A stretch of DNA of 44,430 nt from a virus (lineage: Duplodnaviria; Caudoviricetes). The notes below the pieces were generated by a model. The model was given only the letters and a program-made list of their open reading frames with translations, was not told the origin of the DNA and did no database searches. Below, piece by piece: positions 27,746 through 36,592 of this stretch (the first letter of the stretch is position 1; each line of letters begins with the position of its first letter). The DNA lies in IMG/VR virus record IMGVR_UViG_3300008255_000030, positions 1 to 44,430 of that record, one strand, 5' to 3'. The translations under genes were made by a program, and so were the position numbers.

Positions 27746-27775
27746 TTTTAGAGAGGGCTTAAACGCCCTCTTTTT
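27746..27775. terminator. Intrinsic terminator
   Basis: AGAGGGC-TTAAAC-GCCCTCT followed by a T-run. Confidence 0.75.
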
Positions 27776-27938
27776 AGTTTTTTTTACGAGTTTCTTTTTC
27801 TATCACTCCTAATTCTTTCAAATAGATAGTGAGAGGATGAAGTTGAGCTTTAATTTCAGCTATCTCCTTTTCCTTGTCTGAAAGTTGTTTTGTTAAACTG
27901 TCATATTCTGCTTTTGCCATTTCAACTAGATTTGTCAT
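27774..27938 (-). CDS. Small coiled-coil protein (54 aa)
   Basis: SD AGGAG; MTNLVEMAKAEYDSLTKQLSDKEKEIAEIKAQL. Confidence 0.7.
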   Translation of the reverse strand: MTNLVEMAKAEYDSLTKQLSDKEKEIAEIKAQLHPLTIYLKELGVIEKETRKKN

Positions 27939-28148
27939 GATAACTCCTGTTTAGTGTGGTTCAAATCTAAGCAGTATTTTAAATTTTGAAAATAGACAAA
28001 TTTGGTAAAATTTAGCTTTATTTGGAAGAAAGGTATTATCAGTCCACTTTGGCAGATATTTTTCAATTAGAGCATTTTCATTTTCTAGACCCCCATTTTT
28101 ATTGGTGTTTTTCACTCGTTTTTTGCCATTTTTAATGAAAGGATAAAA

Positions 28149-28349
28149 TCACAGACTATTAAGAAAGGTTAAAATAGACTCTTTCTCTTTTTTAACATAA
28201 TCTTCCGAATCTACGCATTTTTTAAATGCCCGACCAATCGCCATTTTTCCATAAGATTTTCCAATTAAGGAAACAGCTAGACAGGTGAATGTTGACCATG
28301 TCGGATTCTTTTCTTTTAAAGTTTGAAAAGCGTTCTCAATTTTTATCAT
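28149..28349 (-). CDS. Hypothetical protein
   Basis: Overlaps the upstream minus-strand ORF, downstream of a minus-strand promoter. Confidence 0.65.
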   Translation of the reverse strand: MIKIENAFQTLKEKNPTWSTFTCLAVSLIGKSYGKMAIGRAFKKCVDSEDYVKKEKESILTFLNSL

Positions 28350-28491
28350 ATGGTTTGTTATATCTAATTTTTAATTCTCTTAAAAATAAATTCCAGCTTT
28401 TATAATTTAAGCTTTCAGACATAAACCAGTCTTTTATCTCCTGCTCTGTTCTTATGGATAGAACGGGATACTTTATCTTTTCTTCTTTCAT
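28336..28491 (-). CDS. Ribbon-helix-helix-like protein (51 aa)
   Basis: MKEEKIKYPVLSIRTEQEIKDWF...SWNLFLREL (beta strand then two helices). Confidence 0.55.
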   Translation of the reverse strand: MKEEKIKYPVLSIRTEQEIKDWFMSESLNYKSWNLFLRELKIRYNKPYDKN

Positions 28492-28722
28492 AATTGTTTA
28501 CCAATGGTATACATAAGATTTAGGGGACGTTCCGATTTCCCCTCCAGAAGCAATTTACTTTTCTACTAGGCTTCTCTTGGTTTGATTCCCCCGGGGATGT
28601 TATTCACAATTATTGTAAATGAACATCTTTCCCGTATGGTTTTGTTAAATGCTTTGATTGTGTTAAATGTTTGTAATGTGTTTGCTTACTGTTGTGGGTT
28701 GCCAATGTATATGCGTAATTTC

Positions 28723-28750
28723 AGTATAGCACTTTAGAAAAGTATGTCAA
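28723..28750 (-). promoter_or_regulatory. Sigma70-type promoter, divergent from the RM locus
   Basis: Minus strand TTGACA-16nt-TATACT with a TG extension. Confidence 0.75.
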
Positions 28751-28860
28751 TACCCCCTAAGTTTTGGTAATTAATTCTTATTTAAGGTAGTTATTACCCT
28801 TATGATAGGTTATATTTCTATGTTAAAATTACTTTTTTATAATCAGTAAATGGTAAATGA

Positions 28861-31584
28861 ATGGATGGCAATTCTGGAATAAATGAGATTGTTAGTTGGT
28901 CTAACCCACTTATTAATAAAGAATCAGTTGAGTTAGAAGAATATTTTGAAATATATAAATCTAGAATAATACAGGATAGTGAAAAACTTTTTGTTAGAGA
29001 ATTTCTTTTTCCGCTTCTAGGGAAAGAAAACATAAAACTTGCAGTACCACAATATCCTTTTCTTGACTCAGAAGGTAGAACAAGAAGAATTGATTTTGCG
29101 ATTGTAAAAGATGGTAAAAAACTTGCTCTTGAAGTAAATGGAGAAACATACCACGCCGAGGGAATTATTCCCAATGAAATGTTTGATGATAATTTAAATA
29201 GACAGAATGAAATACTTAGCTCAGGGTGGTATCTTTTACGTTATTCCTATAATCAACTTCAACATCCTATATGGAGAAAGAGGGTCTCTGATAATATTAG
29301 GAGAATTGTTTATAAAACTTTTCCGGAATTACTATCTAACTCAATAATTGAACCAAACCATCTACAATTAGAAGCACTAAACGCCTTGGATTTTTATAGA
29401 AGTAAGGGGTGGAAAAAAGGCATCATTATTTTACCAACTGGAACAGGTAAAACATTTCTTTCAGCTTTTGATACTAAGAATACAACAGGTAGAATACTTT
29501 TTATTGTTCATCGATTAGATATTCTAAGCCAATCAAAAGAAGCTTTTGAAAAAATCTATCCAAAAGAAAAACTTGGATTACTTACTGGTGATGTGAAGGA
29601 AAATATTAATGACTCTAAAATTCTTTTTGCTTCAAAAGATACTTTAAGAAATATTGATATCCTTTATAATTTCTCTGTAGACGAATTTGATTACATAATT
29701 GTCGACGAGGTGCATCATGGACAAGCTCCTTCTTATCAGATTGTGTTAGAATATTTTCAACCAAAATATTTTATGCTCGGTTTAACTGCAACACCTGATA
29801 GGATGGATAGAAAAGATATTTTTGAACTTTTCGATTATCAGAAGATATTTGAATACACTTTATCAGATGCTATCGAAAATGGTTTCCTTGTTCCTTATAA
29901 TTATTACGGATTAAAAGATAACATAGATTATTCTCAAATACGTTACCATGGGAATAAATATAATGTTAATGATCTAGATAAATATTTGATTATTAATGAC
30001 CGTAATGAACAAATTCTTAAAGAGTATCTTGAAAAAGGTTGTGGTAATAAAGCTGTTGGTTTTTGTTGTTCAATAAAACACGCTGAAGCAATGTCTAAAT
30101 ATTTTTCTAATAATGGTATTCCATCTTTTGCCATAACTTCTAAATCTCCTGACAGAGACGAACTGATTCAAAAATTCAGAGATAACCAATTTACAGTAGC
30201 TTTTACCGTTGATCTCTTTAATGAAGGAGTTGATTTTCCCGACTTGCGTGTATTGCTTTTCTTAAGGCCGACAGAATCAAAGACCGTTTTTATTCAACAA
30301 TTGGGTAGAGGCTTACGGTTATGTAATGGAAAGGAAAATGTTACTATCCTTGATTTCATTAGCAATTATAAAAAAGCTAATAATATAAGAGCATATCTTT
30401 CTAATGGGAAAAGAGAAGAAAGAAATGGATCTACTGGTAGAGTAGAAAAAGTAGTTTATGAATATTCACCAAAATGCAATGTTTATTTTGACTCAGAAGT
30501 TGAACAGATATTAGATGCTCAAGATAGGGCGAGTAGAGAAATAACTAAGGAAGATTTAATTGCCGCTTATTATGAACTAGCCGAAAAAATTGGTCACAAA
30601 CCAACTCAAGAAGAAATTAATGCCGAGGGTGAGTTTAAGGTATCAAAATATCTTTATTTATTTGGTTCATGGGTAAAATTTTTAAGAGAAATCGGTGAGT
30701 TTACAGAAGCTAGTTATCATTTCCCACAGGGAGTTCACCTTGGTCATATACTTTTCATTCTTAAAACTATAAACAGCAAACGGATAAAGGATACACATCT
30801 TGACCCTAAATATATTAGAATAAGAGGTAACCTTGGAGATGGAAGACTCGGTGCTTTCCAACGTCAAACAAAATATAAATTACAAGCTTTAATGGAATTA
30901 GGATTTATTGTTGATGATAGGAAAATTGAGCTTGATAAAGATTATCAATTACAGTTAACCCCAAAAGGTGAAAACGTCGCTAAGATATTAATACCTCTCA
31001 TTAAAACTCTTGACCTTTCATTTAAAGAAAAAGATACTGATATTCCATCGTGGGAAATGAATGCCTCTCCTTCTGATTTTAATAATGCATTAAATGAATT
31101 TATTAATAAAAACGGTAAAGATGGAGAATATATTATATCTGCATTTATGGAAATGCACGCCGTCGGTTTTATGCTTAATTATCTTTATAGGGTTGAAAGG
31201 AAAAAATCTATTTTTAAGGGAAGTATTTATAAAGGTTTCTTTAAGGCTCCATTTATTGCTAGTTACTGTGACCGGAATGGAATTGAGGCAGCTACTGAAA
31301 CAGGTGCAGAACATAGGTGTCCATTTTTATTAAATATCTTAGAAGCTCTAGGAATTATTAAGCAAGGTAGAAGCGATATTAATATACTTTCTTTTATTCT
31401 TTCTAAGCCGACTATACAACTCAAATCGAAAGAACCAGATAAAGATATATATGGACGAATAGATAAAATTGTAACCTCACCAGATACTCTTTCAGTTGAA
31501 GAAATATCTTTACTAAAAGAAGCTTTTGGGAAAACATTTTTAACAGATAAATATTTTATAAATAATTTTAGGATTATAAAATAA
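28861..31584 (+). CDS. DUF559/Vsr-like nuclease + SF2 (ResIII/DExH) helicase fusion; putative ATP-dependent restriction enzyme
   Basis: RIDFA...LEVNGETYH...RQNEI...GW.LLRY; LPTGTGKT, DEVHH, GLTATP, FNEGVD, QQLGRGLR; HNH-associated-repeat-like segment TKEDLI...FGSW. Confidence 0.85.
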   Translation: MDGNSGINEIVSWSNPLINKESVELEEYFEIYKSRIIQDSEKLFVREFLFPLLGKENIKLAVPQYPFLDSEGRTRRIDFAIVKDGKKLALEVNGETYHAEGIIPNEMFDDNLNRQNEILSSGWYLLRYSYNQLQHPIWRKRVSDNIRRIVYKTFPELLSNSIIEPNHLQLEALNALDFYRSKGWKKGIIILPTGTGKTFLSAFDTKNTTGRILFIVHRLDILSQSKEAFEKIYPKEKLGLLTGDVKENINDSKILFASKDTLRNIDILYNFSVDEFDYIIVDEVHHGQAPSYQIVLEYFQPKYFMLGLTATPDRMDRKDIFELFDYQKIFEYTLSDAIENGFLVPYNYYGLKDNIDYSQIRYHGNKYNVNDLDKYLIINDRNEQILKEYLEKGCGNKAVGFCCSIKHAEAMSKYFSNNGIPSFAITSKSPDRDELIQKFRDNQFTVAFTVDLFNEGVDFPDLRVLLFLRPTESKTVFIQQLGRGLRLCNGKENVTILDFISNYKKANNIRAYLSNGKREERNGSTGRVEKVVYEYSPKCNVYFDSEVEQILDAQDRASREITKEDLIAAYYELAEKIGHKPTQEEINAEGEFKVSKYLYLFGSWVKFLREIGEFTEASYHFPQGVHLGHILFILKTINSKRIKDTHLDPKYIRIRGNLGDGRLGAFQRQTKYKLQALMELGFIVDDRKIELDKDYQLQLTPKGENVAKILIPLIKTLDLSFKEKDTDIPSWEMNASPSDFNNALNEFINKNGKDGEYIISAFMEMHAVGFMLNYLYRVERKKSIFKGSIYKGFFKAPFIASYCDRNGIEAATETGAEHRCPFLLNILEALGIIKQGRSDINILSFILSKPTIQLKSKEPDKDIYGRIDKIVTSPDTLSVEEISLLKEAFGKTFLTDKYFINNFRIIK

Positions 31585-32520
31585 ATGGCAAATAAGTCTC
31601 ATTTTAACTCTGGACATATTGCGATGAACACGCTTAAGAAAAATGGCCTTGAACACAGTAGTTTTATTGATTCCAAATTACCAGATAAAACTTTTCACGC
31701 TTTATTTACCGAAGATGCAATTACATTTTTAAAAAAAATTCCAGATTCATCAATACAGTTAATATTAATAGATCCTCCTTATAACCTTGATCTAGCATAT
31801 TGGGATACATTTACTGATTATTTAGATTGGGCAAAAGATTGGTTAGACCAGATATATCGAATATTGTCCGATAGTGGTAATTGTGTGATTTTTGGAGGTT
31901 TCCAATATCAAGACCTTAAAAAAGGTGACTTATTAGAAATAATGCATTATACGAGGCATAATACTGCTTTGAGATTCACAAACCTTGTAATATGGTATTA
32001 TAAAAATGGAATGAGTGCTCATAGGTATTTTGCTAATAGACACGAAGAAGCAATTTGGCTTTCAAAAACAAAGAAATATTATTTTGATTTAGATTCTGTA
32101 AGAGTTCCTTTTGATGAAAAAACTAAATTGCTTTATAAAAAAGATAAAAGACTTATTCCAGAGAACATTGATAAAGGTAAAAACCCAACAAATGTTTGGG
32201 AGATTGGTAGGCTTAACGGAAATTCTGTTGAGCGTGTCGGACATCCAACTCAAAAACCAATTGAATTGATTAGAAGATTTGTTAAAGGTTTGTCATATCC
32301 TGGTTCATTAGTTCTTGATTTTTTTGCAGGTTCTGGAACAACCGGAATTGTATGTATGGAACAAAACCGACACTCAATACTCGTTGACAACGATCCAAAA
32401 TTAGAAGAATATTTAGATATGCATATACAAAAAAGGAATGGAGCTTTATTTTCTATTGATTATAGCATTGATAAAAATCCTGATTTGAAGGAGTTCTTAA
32501 ATAAAGTAAAAATAAAATAA
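31585..32520 (+). CDS. Beta-class N6-adenine DNA methyltransferase, M.RsrI-like (predicted GAATTC)
   Basis: DPPY before DFFAGSGTT; MANKSH.N.GH.AMN, NGMSA.R.FANRHEE, KDKRL.PE and RLNGNS.ERVGHPTQKP match the M.RsrI sequence as I recall it. Confidence 0.9.
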   Translation: MANKSHFNSGHIAMNTLKKNGLEHSSFIDSKLPDKTFHALFTEDAITFLKKIPDSSIQLILIDPPYNLDLAYWDTFTDYLDWAKDWLDQIYRILSDSGNCVIFGGFQYQDLKKGDLLEIMHYTRHNTALRFTNLVIWYYKNGMSAHRYFANRHEEAIWLSKTKKYYFDLDSVRVPFDEKTKLLYKKDKRLIPENIDKGKNPTNVWEIGRLNGNSVERVGHPTQKPIELIRRFVKGLSYPGSLVLDFFAGSGTTGIVCMEQNRHSILVDNDPKLEEYLDMHIQKRNGALFSIDYSIDKNPDLKEFLNKVKIK

Positions 32521-32531
32521 TAATAGTTATA

Positions 32532-32559
32532 TTGACTTTTTTATAAGGAGTGGTATTAT
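32532..32559 (+). promoter_or_regulatory. Sigma70-type promoter
   Basis: TTGACT-16nt-TATTAT with a TG extension. Confidence 0.6.
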
Positions 32560-32579
32560 AAATATATCACGCTTTTTTT

Positions 32580-32993
32580 ATGTCCAAAAATAAAAGTGAG
32601 AAAACACTTTGGGATATTTTCTCTAAATTCATAAGAGCAAGGGATGCTAATTGGCAAGGCTATTGTACTTGTATTAGTTGCTCTAAAACAGCCAACTGGA
32701 AAACTTTTGATGCCGGTCATTACATTCCTAAAGGTAGCGATTCCGCACTTAAATACAATGAGATAAATAATAACGCTCAATGCTTTGCTTGTAATAGTAT
32801 GAAATCTGGTAATCTTATAGAATATAGATTTGGCTTAGTTCGTAAATACGGTGAAAAAAAAGTTAAACTATTAGAGCAATCGCATTACTTCAAGACAACT
32901 AAAAAAAAGTTAGACCAACTCCAACTAAACACAATGTACGAATATTACAAAAATGAATTTGATAAATTAAAAAAGGAAAAGTGTTTAGATTAA
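32580..32993 (+). CDS. ninG: NinG/Rap-like recombination endonuclease
   Basis: FSKFIRARD, CISC, DAGHY, N.NAQC..CN...SGN..EYR..L. Confidence 0.9.
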   Translation: MSKNKSEKTLWDIFSKFIRARDANWQGYCTCISCSKTANWKTFDAGHYIPKGSDSALKYNEINNNAQCFACNSMKSGNLIEYRFGLVRKYGEKKVKLLEQSHYFKTTKKKLDQLQLNTMYEYYKNEFDKLKKEKCLD

Positions 32994-32994
32994 T

Positions 32995-33041
32995 TTCCAA
33001 TCTTTAGATAATATTCCAATCAATTCCAATCGTTTACAATG
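32995..33041. repeat. Phased TTCCAATC repeats
   Basis: Copies at 32995, 33014 and 33024, variant TTACAATG at 33034 (10-bp periodicity). Confidence 0.6.
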
Positions 33042-33099
33042 ACCTTTAACAACTTATAAAATAGATTAATCTCGGTAATAATAATTATTGGAGATTAAA

Positions 33100-33288
33100 A
33101 TGGCTAGATCGTTGTTACAAGAAATCGCTCATCAGATATTTTACAAACCACCAAAACACAGAACAAAATCTAAACCAAGAAATCATGATTTAGAGCGTGA
33201 GCTTTATAAGGTGAAACAAGCCGCCTTTGAAGCAAATAAATCTTTGGAGATTGCTAAACATCATGCAAAAAGTAAAGGATGGTTTTAA
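33100..33288 (+). CDS. Small basic protein
   Basis: SD GGAG before ATG at 33100 (track ORF 33088..33288). Confidence 0.6.
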   Translation: MARSLLQEIAHQIFYKPPKHRTKSKPRNHDLERELYKVKQAAFEANKSLEIAKHHAKSKGWF

Positions 33289-33324
33289 TGCGGCGCAATT
33301 ATAATGTGCCTGCGGAAAAAAGCT

Positions 33325-33349
33325 CCCCGGCAGTATTGCACTGTCGGGG
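33325..33349. terminator. Hairpin between convergent genes
   Basis: CCCCGGCAGT-ATTGC-ACTGTCGGGG. Confidence 0.6.
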
Positions 33350-33377
33350 TGCGGCTTTACCGATAAACCCTTTCAGT

Positions 33378-33563
33378 CTATCGACTCTTAATAGATTTTG
33401 TAGCTTTAGTTTTGAGTGTAGCCAACAAAACTTCTTTATCAAAGAATATTGCACCTGCCAATTTGAAATATCCGGGCAGAGATTCCTTTTTCAAGTAACA
33501 CCACTTTTCGGATTTGTTCAATATAGCGGCAACTTCTTTGACGGAAAGATAGAGAGAGTTCAT
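33378..33563 (-). CDS. xis: Excisionase-like HTH_17 protein
   Basis: YLSVKEVAAILNKSEKWCY...LPG.FKL.G...F; divergent from int; SD GAGG. Confidence 0.8.
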   Translation of the reverse strand: MNSLYLSVKEVAAILNKSEKWCYLKKESLPGYFKLAGAIFFDKEVLLATLKTKATKSIKSR

Positions 33564-33665
33564 ATCAACCTCTTTTCCCTAACCACCATTTTGTTGATTG
33601 CTCACCCTACACCTAAACTAACCTATTATTTTTACCATTTGTAATTTAATAAAGGAGAACTAATA

Positions 33666-34622
33666 ATGCCACAATATTACAGAGAACTTAGTAAAGGGCG
33701 TAAATGGTATTTTAAGTTTGGCTTCAATAACACAACCTACCATTCGCCTTGTATTTACCTTTCTAAGCGTGAAGCCCAGCAAGCAGAAAGAGAACGATAT
33801 AACGAACTAGATCAAGAACGCAGATTTGGCAAACAAGACAAACCTTTAAGTCTTAGTTCTGTTATAAACGATAGAATAAAATTCCTTTCCGTAAAGTATA
33901 GCTCAAAACATTCCGAAGTAAGCGAGTATTATCTTAACCTTTTTCTTGACTTTATAGGCGATATAGAATTAAGAGAAATTGGAAGAAAAGCAACAGAGGA
34001 TTTTCTTCTTAACTACTCTAATCTCTTACAGAAAAACGGAGTAGATAACTATCAAGTTAATTCCGCATTAAAAGCTATAAAATCTTTATTCAACTATGTC
34101 ATAGATAGTTATGATTTAGTAATGAGAAACCCAGCCCAGAAAATAAAACCTTATTCAGTTAAAAAGAAACTTAAATATATTCCACCGGATGAGGATATTG
34201 AAAAGCTGATAAGTCTAGTTAATCCTAGACAGAAACTCTTAATAGAGTTCTTAATAGAAACAGGAGCTAGAATAAATGAAGCACTTAGCCTTACATTTGA
34301 AGAAATTTACGAAACCTATCTAATTCTTTATACTAATAAATCAAGAAACAGTGATAGAGTACCTAGAAAGGTTGATATACCATTATGCTTAAAAGACATA
34401 AAAGGTAAAGGTAGAGTATTCCCAGAATGGAACATAACTCCTAAGTTCTTAGACAAAACCTTAAGAGCTAATAATATGAGGATTTGGGGATTTCACTCAT
34501 TAAGGCATAGATACGCTAGTAAGCTATCTAAATCCGGTATGCCTTTATATGAAATTATGGTAAAATTAGGACACGCTAATTTATCTACAACCCAGCGTTA
34601 TTTGCAACTTTTACGAGATTAG
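33666..34622 (+). CDS. int: Tyrosine recombinase/integrase
   Basis: TGARINE, FHSLRH, LGH and TTQRY catalytic motifs; N-terminal arm-binding region; SD AAGGAG. Confidence 0.95.
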   Translation: MPQYYRELSKGRKWYFKFGFNNTTYHSPCIYLSKREAQQAERERYNELDQERRFGKQDKPLSLSSVINDRIKFLSVKYSSKHSEVSEYYLNLFLDFIGDIELREIGRKATEDFLLNYSNLLQKNGVDNYQVNSALKAIKSLFNYVIDSYDLVMRNPAQKIKPYSVKKKLKYIPPDEDIEKLISLVNPRQKLLIEFLIETGARINEALSLTFEEIYETYLILYTNKSRNSDRVPRKVDIPLCLKDIKGKGRVFPEWNITPKFLDKTLRANNMRIWGFHSLRHRYASKLSKSGMPLYEIMVKLGHANLSTTQRYLQLLRD

Positions 34623-34661
34623 TAGCCATTTCGTAGCGAACATTTATAATCTTTTAAAAAC

Positions 34662-34695
34662 AAAAAAGCCTAACTCATTACGAGATAGGCTTTTA
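34662..34695. terminator. Bidirectional terminator between int and the tRNA fragment
   Basis: AAAAGCCTA...TAGGCTTTT. Confidence 0.75.
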
Positions 34696-34700
34696 TCATT

Positions 34701-34744
34701 TGCGGGGTCAACGAGACTCGAACTCGCGACCTCCTGCGTGACAG
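34701..34744 (-). tRNA. 3' half of tRNA-Asp(GTC) forming the attP core (not a full tRNA)
   Basis: Minus strand CTGTCACGCAGGAGGTCGCGAGTTCGAGTCTCGTTGACCCCG: anticodon loop, T-arm and acceptor 3' strand; 5' half absent. Confidence 0.9.
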
Positions 34745-34885
34745 CCACTTCGGACTATTTCACTTAACTGTTTTATTTAGCATAACTTATTTATTTATAA
34801 GAACTTACAAGGTTCTAATCTTTAGACACCTTTTCCATATTTTCTAATGTTTAGTATATTATTCGTAGCCATATCGTAACAGGTA

Positions 34886-34913
34886 TTGACAGATAAATTA
34901 GATGTGATATAAT
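34886..34913 (+). promoter_or_regulatory. Sigma70-type promoter
   Basis: TTGACA-16nt-TATAAT with a TG extension. Confidence 0.75.
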
Positions 34914-34924
34914 AAAATTATTAA

Positions 34925-35162
34925 TAGTCGGGCAATTATACTAAAAAGTATAAAAGCAATTTATACCCACCATTTTAACAGCATTTCATTTATTCCCGAA
35001 GACAGGGAAAAATGATGATATAGTGTCCATATTATTGCCCTTTTGATTTGCGTTATAAACGACAAACCAAAAAGGACATTTCGTATCTTTAGTTTGTTCA
35101 TAATATCATATTTCACACAACATAAACCTCCGAAATGTGCTGACGGACAAAATATGGACTAA
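34925..35162 (+). ncRNA. Structured leader or ncRNA candidate
   Basis: GTCCATATT/AATATGGAC closes a junction with CCTTTT/AAAAGG and ACATTTCG/CGAAATGT; extra TTCCC/GGGAA hairpin. Confidence 0.5.
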
Positions 35163-35217
35163 TAAAATATTTTAATAATAAATAAATGCTAAAACCAATA
35201 AGAGAAGATGAAATAAT

Positions 35218-35451
35218 ATGACAAAACAACACTTCAAGCATATCAAGGGAATTTTAAAAAGGTTTTATATTCAAGCAATTGGTAAATACATTAAAGGTAA
35301 CAAACAACATGGAGGGAAACTTTGGGAGAAAAAAGACCTTATAGATAAAGCTATAGAAGAAGCCATTGATCAAGTCATTTACCTTTATACCTTAAAAGAC
35401 CAAATTAATAATAAAACACTTTACTCCGTCAAGGAGGAAGATATAGACTAA
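35218..35451 (+). CDS. All-alpha NTP-pyrophosphatase (MazG-like) small protein
   Basis: KY..G...HG...AIEEAIDQVIY motif. Confidence 0.55.
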   Translation: MTKQHFKHIKGILKRFYIQAIGKYIKGNKQHGGKLWEKKDLIDKAIEEAIDQVIYLYTLKDQINNKTLYSVKEEDID

Positions 35452-35455
35452 TCTA

Positions 35456-35824
35456 ATGTTTAGATTTATTCGAAAAATTATTGCTATGTCGCCAAGAGCC
35501 TATAAATATGGAATAAAGTATTTTTTTAATCAAGATTTTAGAAGAATTGTTAAGAACAAAGAAAGGAATTTAAAATCTAGGGCTACCTATAAATCATTTA
35601 ATGGAAATAGAAAAAGTCTTAAGATTGCTTTATTTAGACTAAACGGAAACAAATGTTTTTGGTGTAATAATAAAATGACATTTCAAGAAGCTACTATTGA
35701 CCATATAAAACCAGCCAGTCAAGGAGGTTCTAATAAAAAAGATAATTTAAGATTAATTCATAATGATTGTAGGGTTGAAAGAGATAGATTAATTCAAAGG
35801 GGAGTTTTAGGATTAGTTAATTAA
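35456..35824 (+). CDS. HNH endonuclease
   Basis: CFWC...TIDHIKP.S.GG.N...NL...H..C. Confidence 0.85.
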   Translation: MFRFIRKIIAMSPRAYKYGIKYFFNQDFRRIVKNKERNLKSRATYKSFNGNRKSLKIALFRLNGNKCFWCNNKMTFQEATIDHIKPASQGGSNKKDNLRLIHNDCRVERDRLIQRGVLGLVN

Positions 35825-35830
35825 AGATTT

Positions 35831-36136
35831 ATGCCAAATTTATTAAACGAAGCAATTAAATCACTTCACGAAAACGGAAAGAGTCCTAAAGAGGTTCTAT
35901 GGTGTGAGAAAGATGACTGTTATTTTACTTGGAAAGATTTTAAAGAACTTGCCGACCTTGATTATACTTTTTATGAAACACCTGTAATAGCCTCAAACCT
36001 TAGATTATACGGAACTGATTTTTGGTTAGAGAGATATGAGTTTGACGGAACAGAGGGTTGGAGCTTTATATCTATTCTTCCTGAAAAACCAAGAGAATAT
36101 AAAAAGCCGGAGAGTTTAGTTAATAAGTTAGACTGA
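35831..36136 (+). CDS. Conserved hypothetical phage protein
   Basis: WLERYEFDGTEGW motif. Confidence 0.7.
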   Translation: MPNLLNEAIKSLHENGKSPKEVLWCEKDDCYFTWKDFKELADLDYTFYETPVIASNLRLYGTDFWLERYEFDGTEGWSFISILPEKPREYKKPESLVNKLD

Positions 36137-36140
36137 TAGA

Positions 36141-36168
36141 TTGACCGTATTCGTGATTATGCTATAAT
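36141..36168 (+). promoter_or_regulatory. Sigma70-type promoter
   Basis: TTGACC-16nt-TATAAT with a TG extension. Confidence 0.65.
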
Positions 36169-36176
36169 AATAGCAT

Positions 36177-36572
36177 ATGACACAAGAACAAAAAAACGCC
36201 AAACAAAGAGAGTATCGTAAAAATAATAAAAACAGTTGTTCGCTAAAATATGAGAAAACAATTAATGGTTTTCTTGTAAGATTATATAGAAATATGGTAA
36301 GTAGGGTAAATGGTATTCAAAAAGCTAAATATCATTTATACAAAGGTAAGTATTTACTCCCTAGACAAGATTTTTATGATTGGGCTAAATCTTCCCCAGA
36401 TTTTTACAAATTATTTAACGATTGGGTGGCTAGCGGTTACAGCAGAAAATTAACACCATCAGTTGATAGAGTAAATTCATTAGAGGGTTATTACTTATCA
36501 AATATGGAATGGGTAACACATAGTGAAAACTCTAGACGTAGTTCTATCATTAAATATAAAATAGCCGCCTAA
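36177..36572 (+). CDS. HNH-like (beta-beta-alpha-Me) endonuclease-family protein
   Basis: PSVDRVNS..GY...N.EWVT.SEN. Confidence 0.75.
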   Translation: MTQEQKNAKQREYRKNNKNSCSLKYEKTINGFLVRLYRNMVSRVNGIQKAKYHLYKGKYLLPRQDFYDWAKSSPDFYKLFNDWVASGYSRKLTPSVDRVNSLEGYYLSNMEWVTHSENSRRSSIIKYKIAA

Positions 36573-36592
36573 TTAAATCATTTTAACAATTT

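Larger units (their letters stand above)
34622..34880. other. attP region with arm-type repeats
   Basis: GTAGCCATTTCGTAGC (34622-37) and TTCGTAGCCATATCGTAAC (34862-80) flank the tRNA-homologous core. Confidence 0.75.

Noticed and set aside
27951-28151. Open frame continuing past the TGA of 28149..28349 (possible TGA recoding or readthrough)
   Set aside because: Long genes are intact under code 11 and TGA is used in normal ATGA overlaps; a single case is insufficient.
33279-33644. 121-aa + strand ORF
   Set aside because: Antisense shadow of xis that also spans a terminator hairpin.
34701-34744. Functional tRNA gene
   Set aside because: The 5' anticodon stem, D-arm and 5' acceptor strand are missing; it is an att core.
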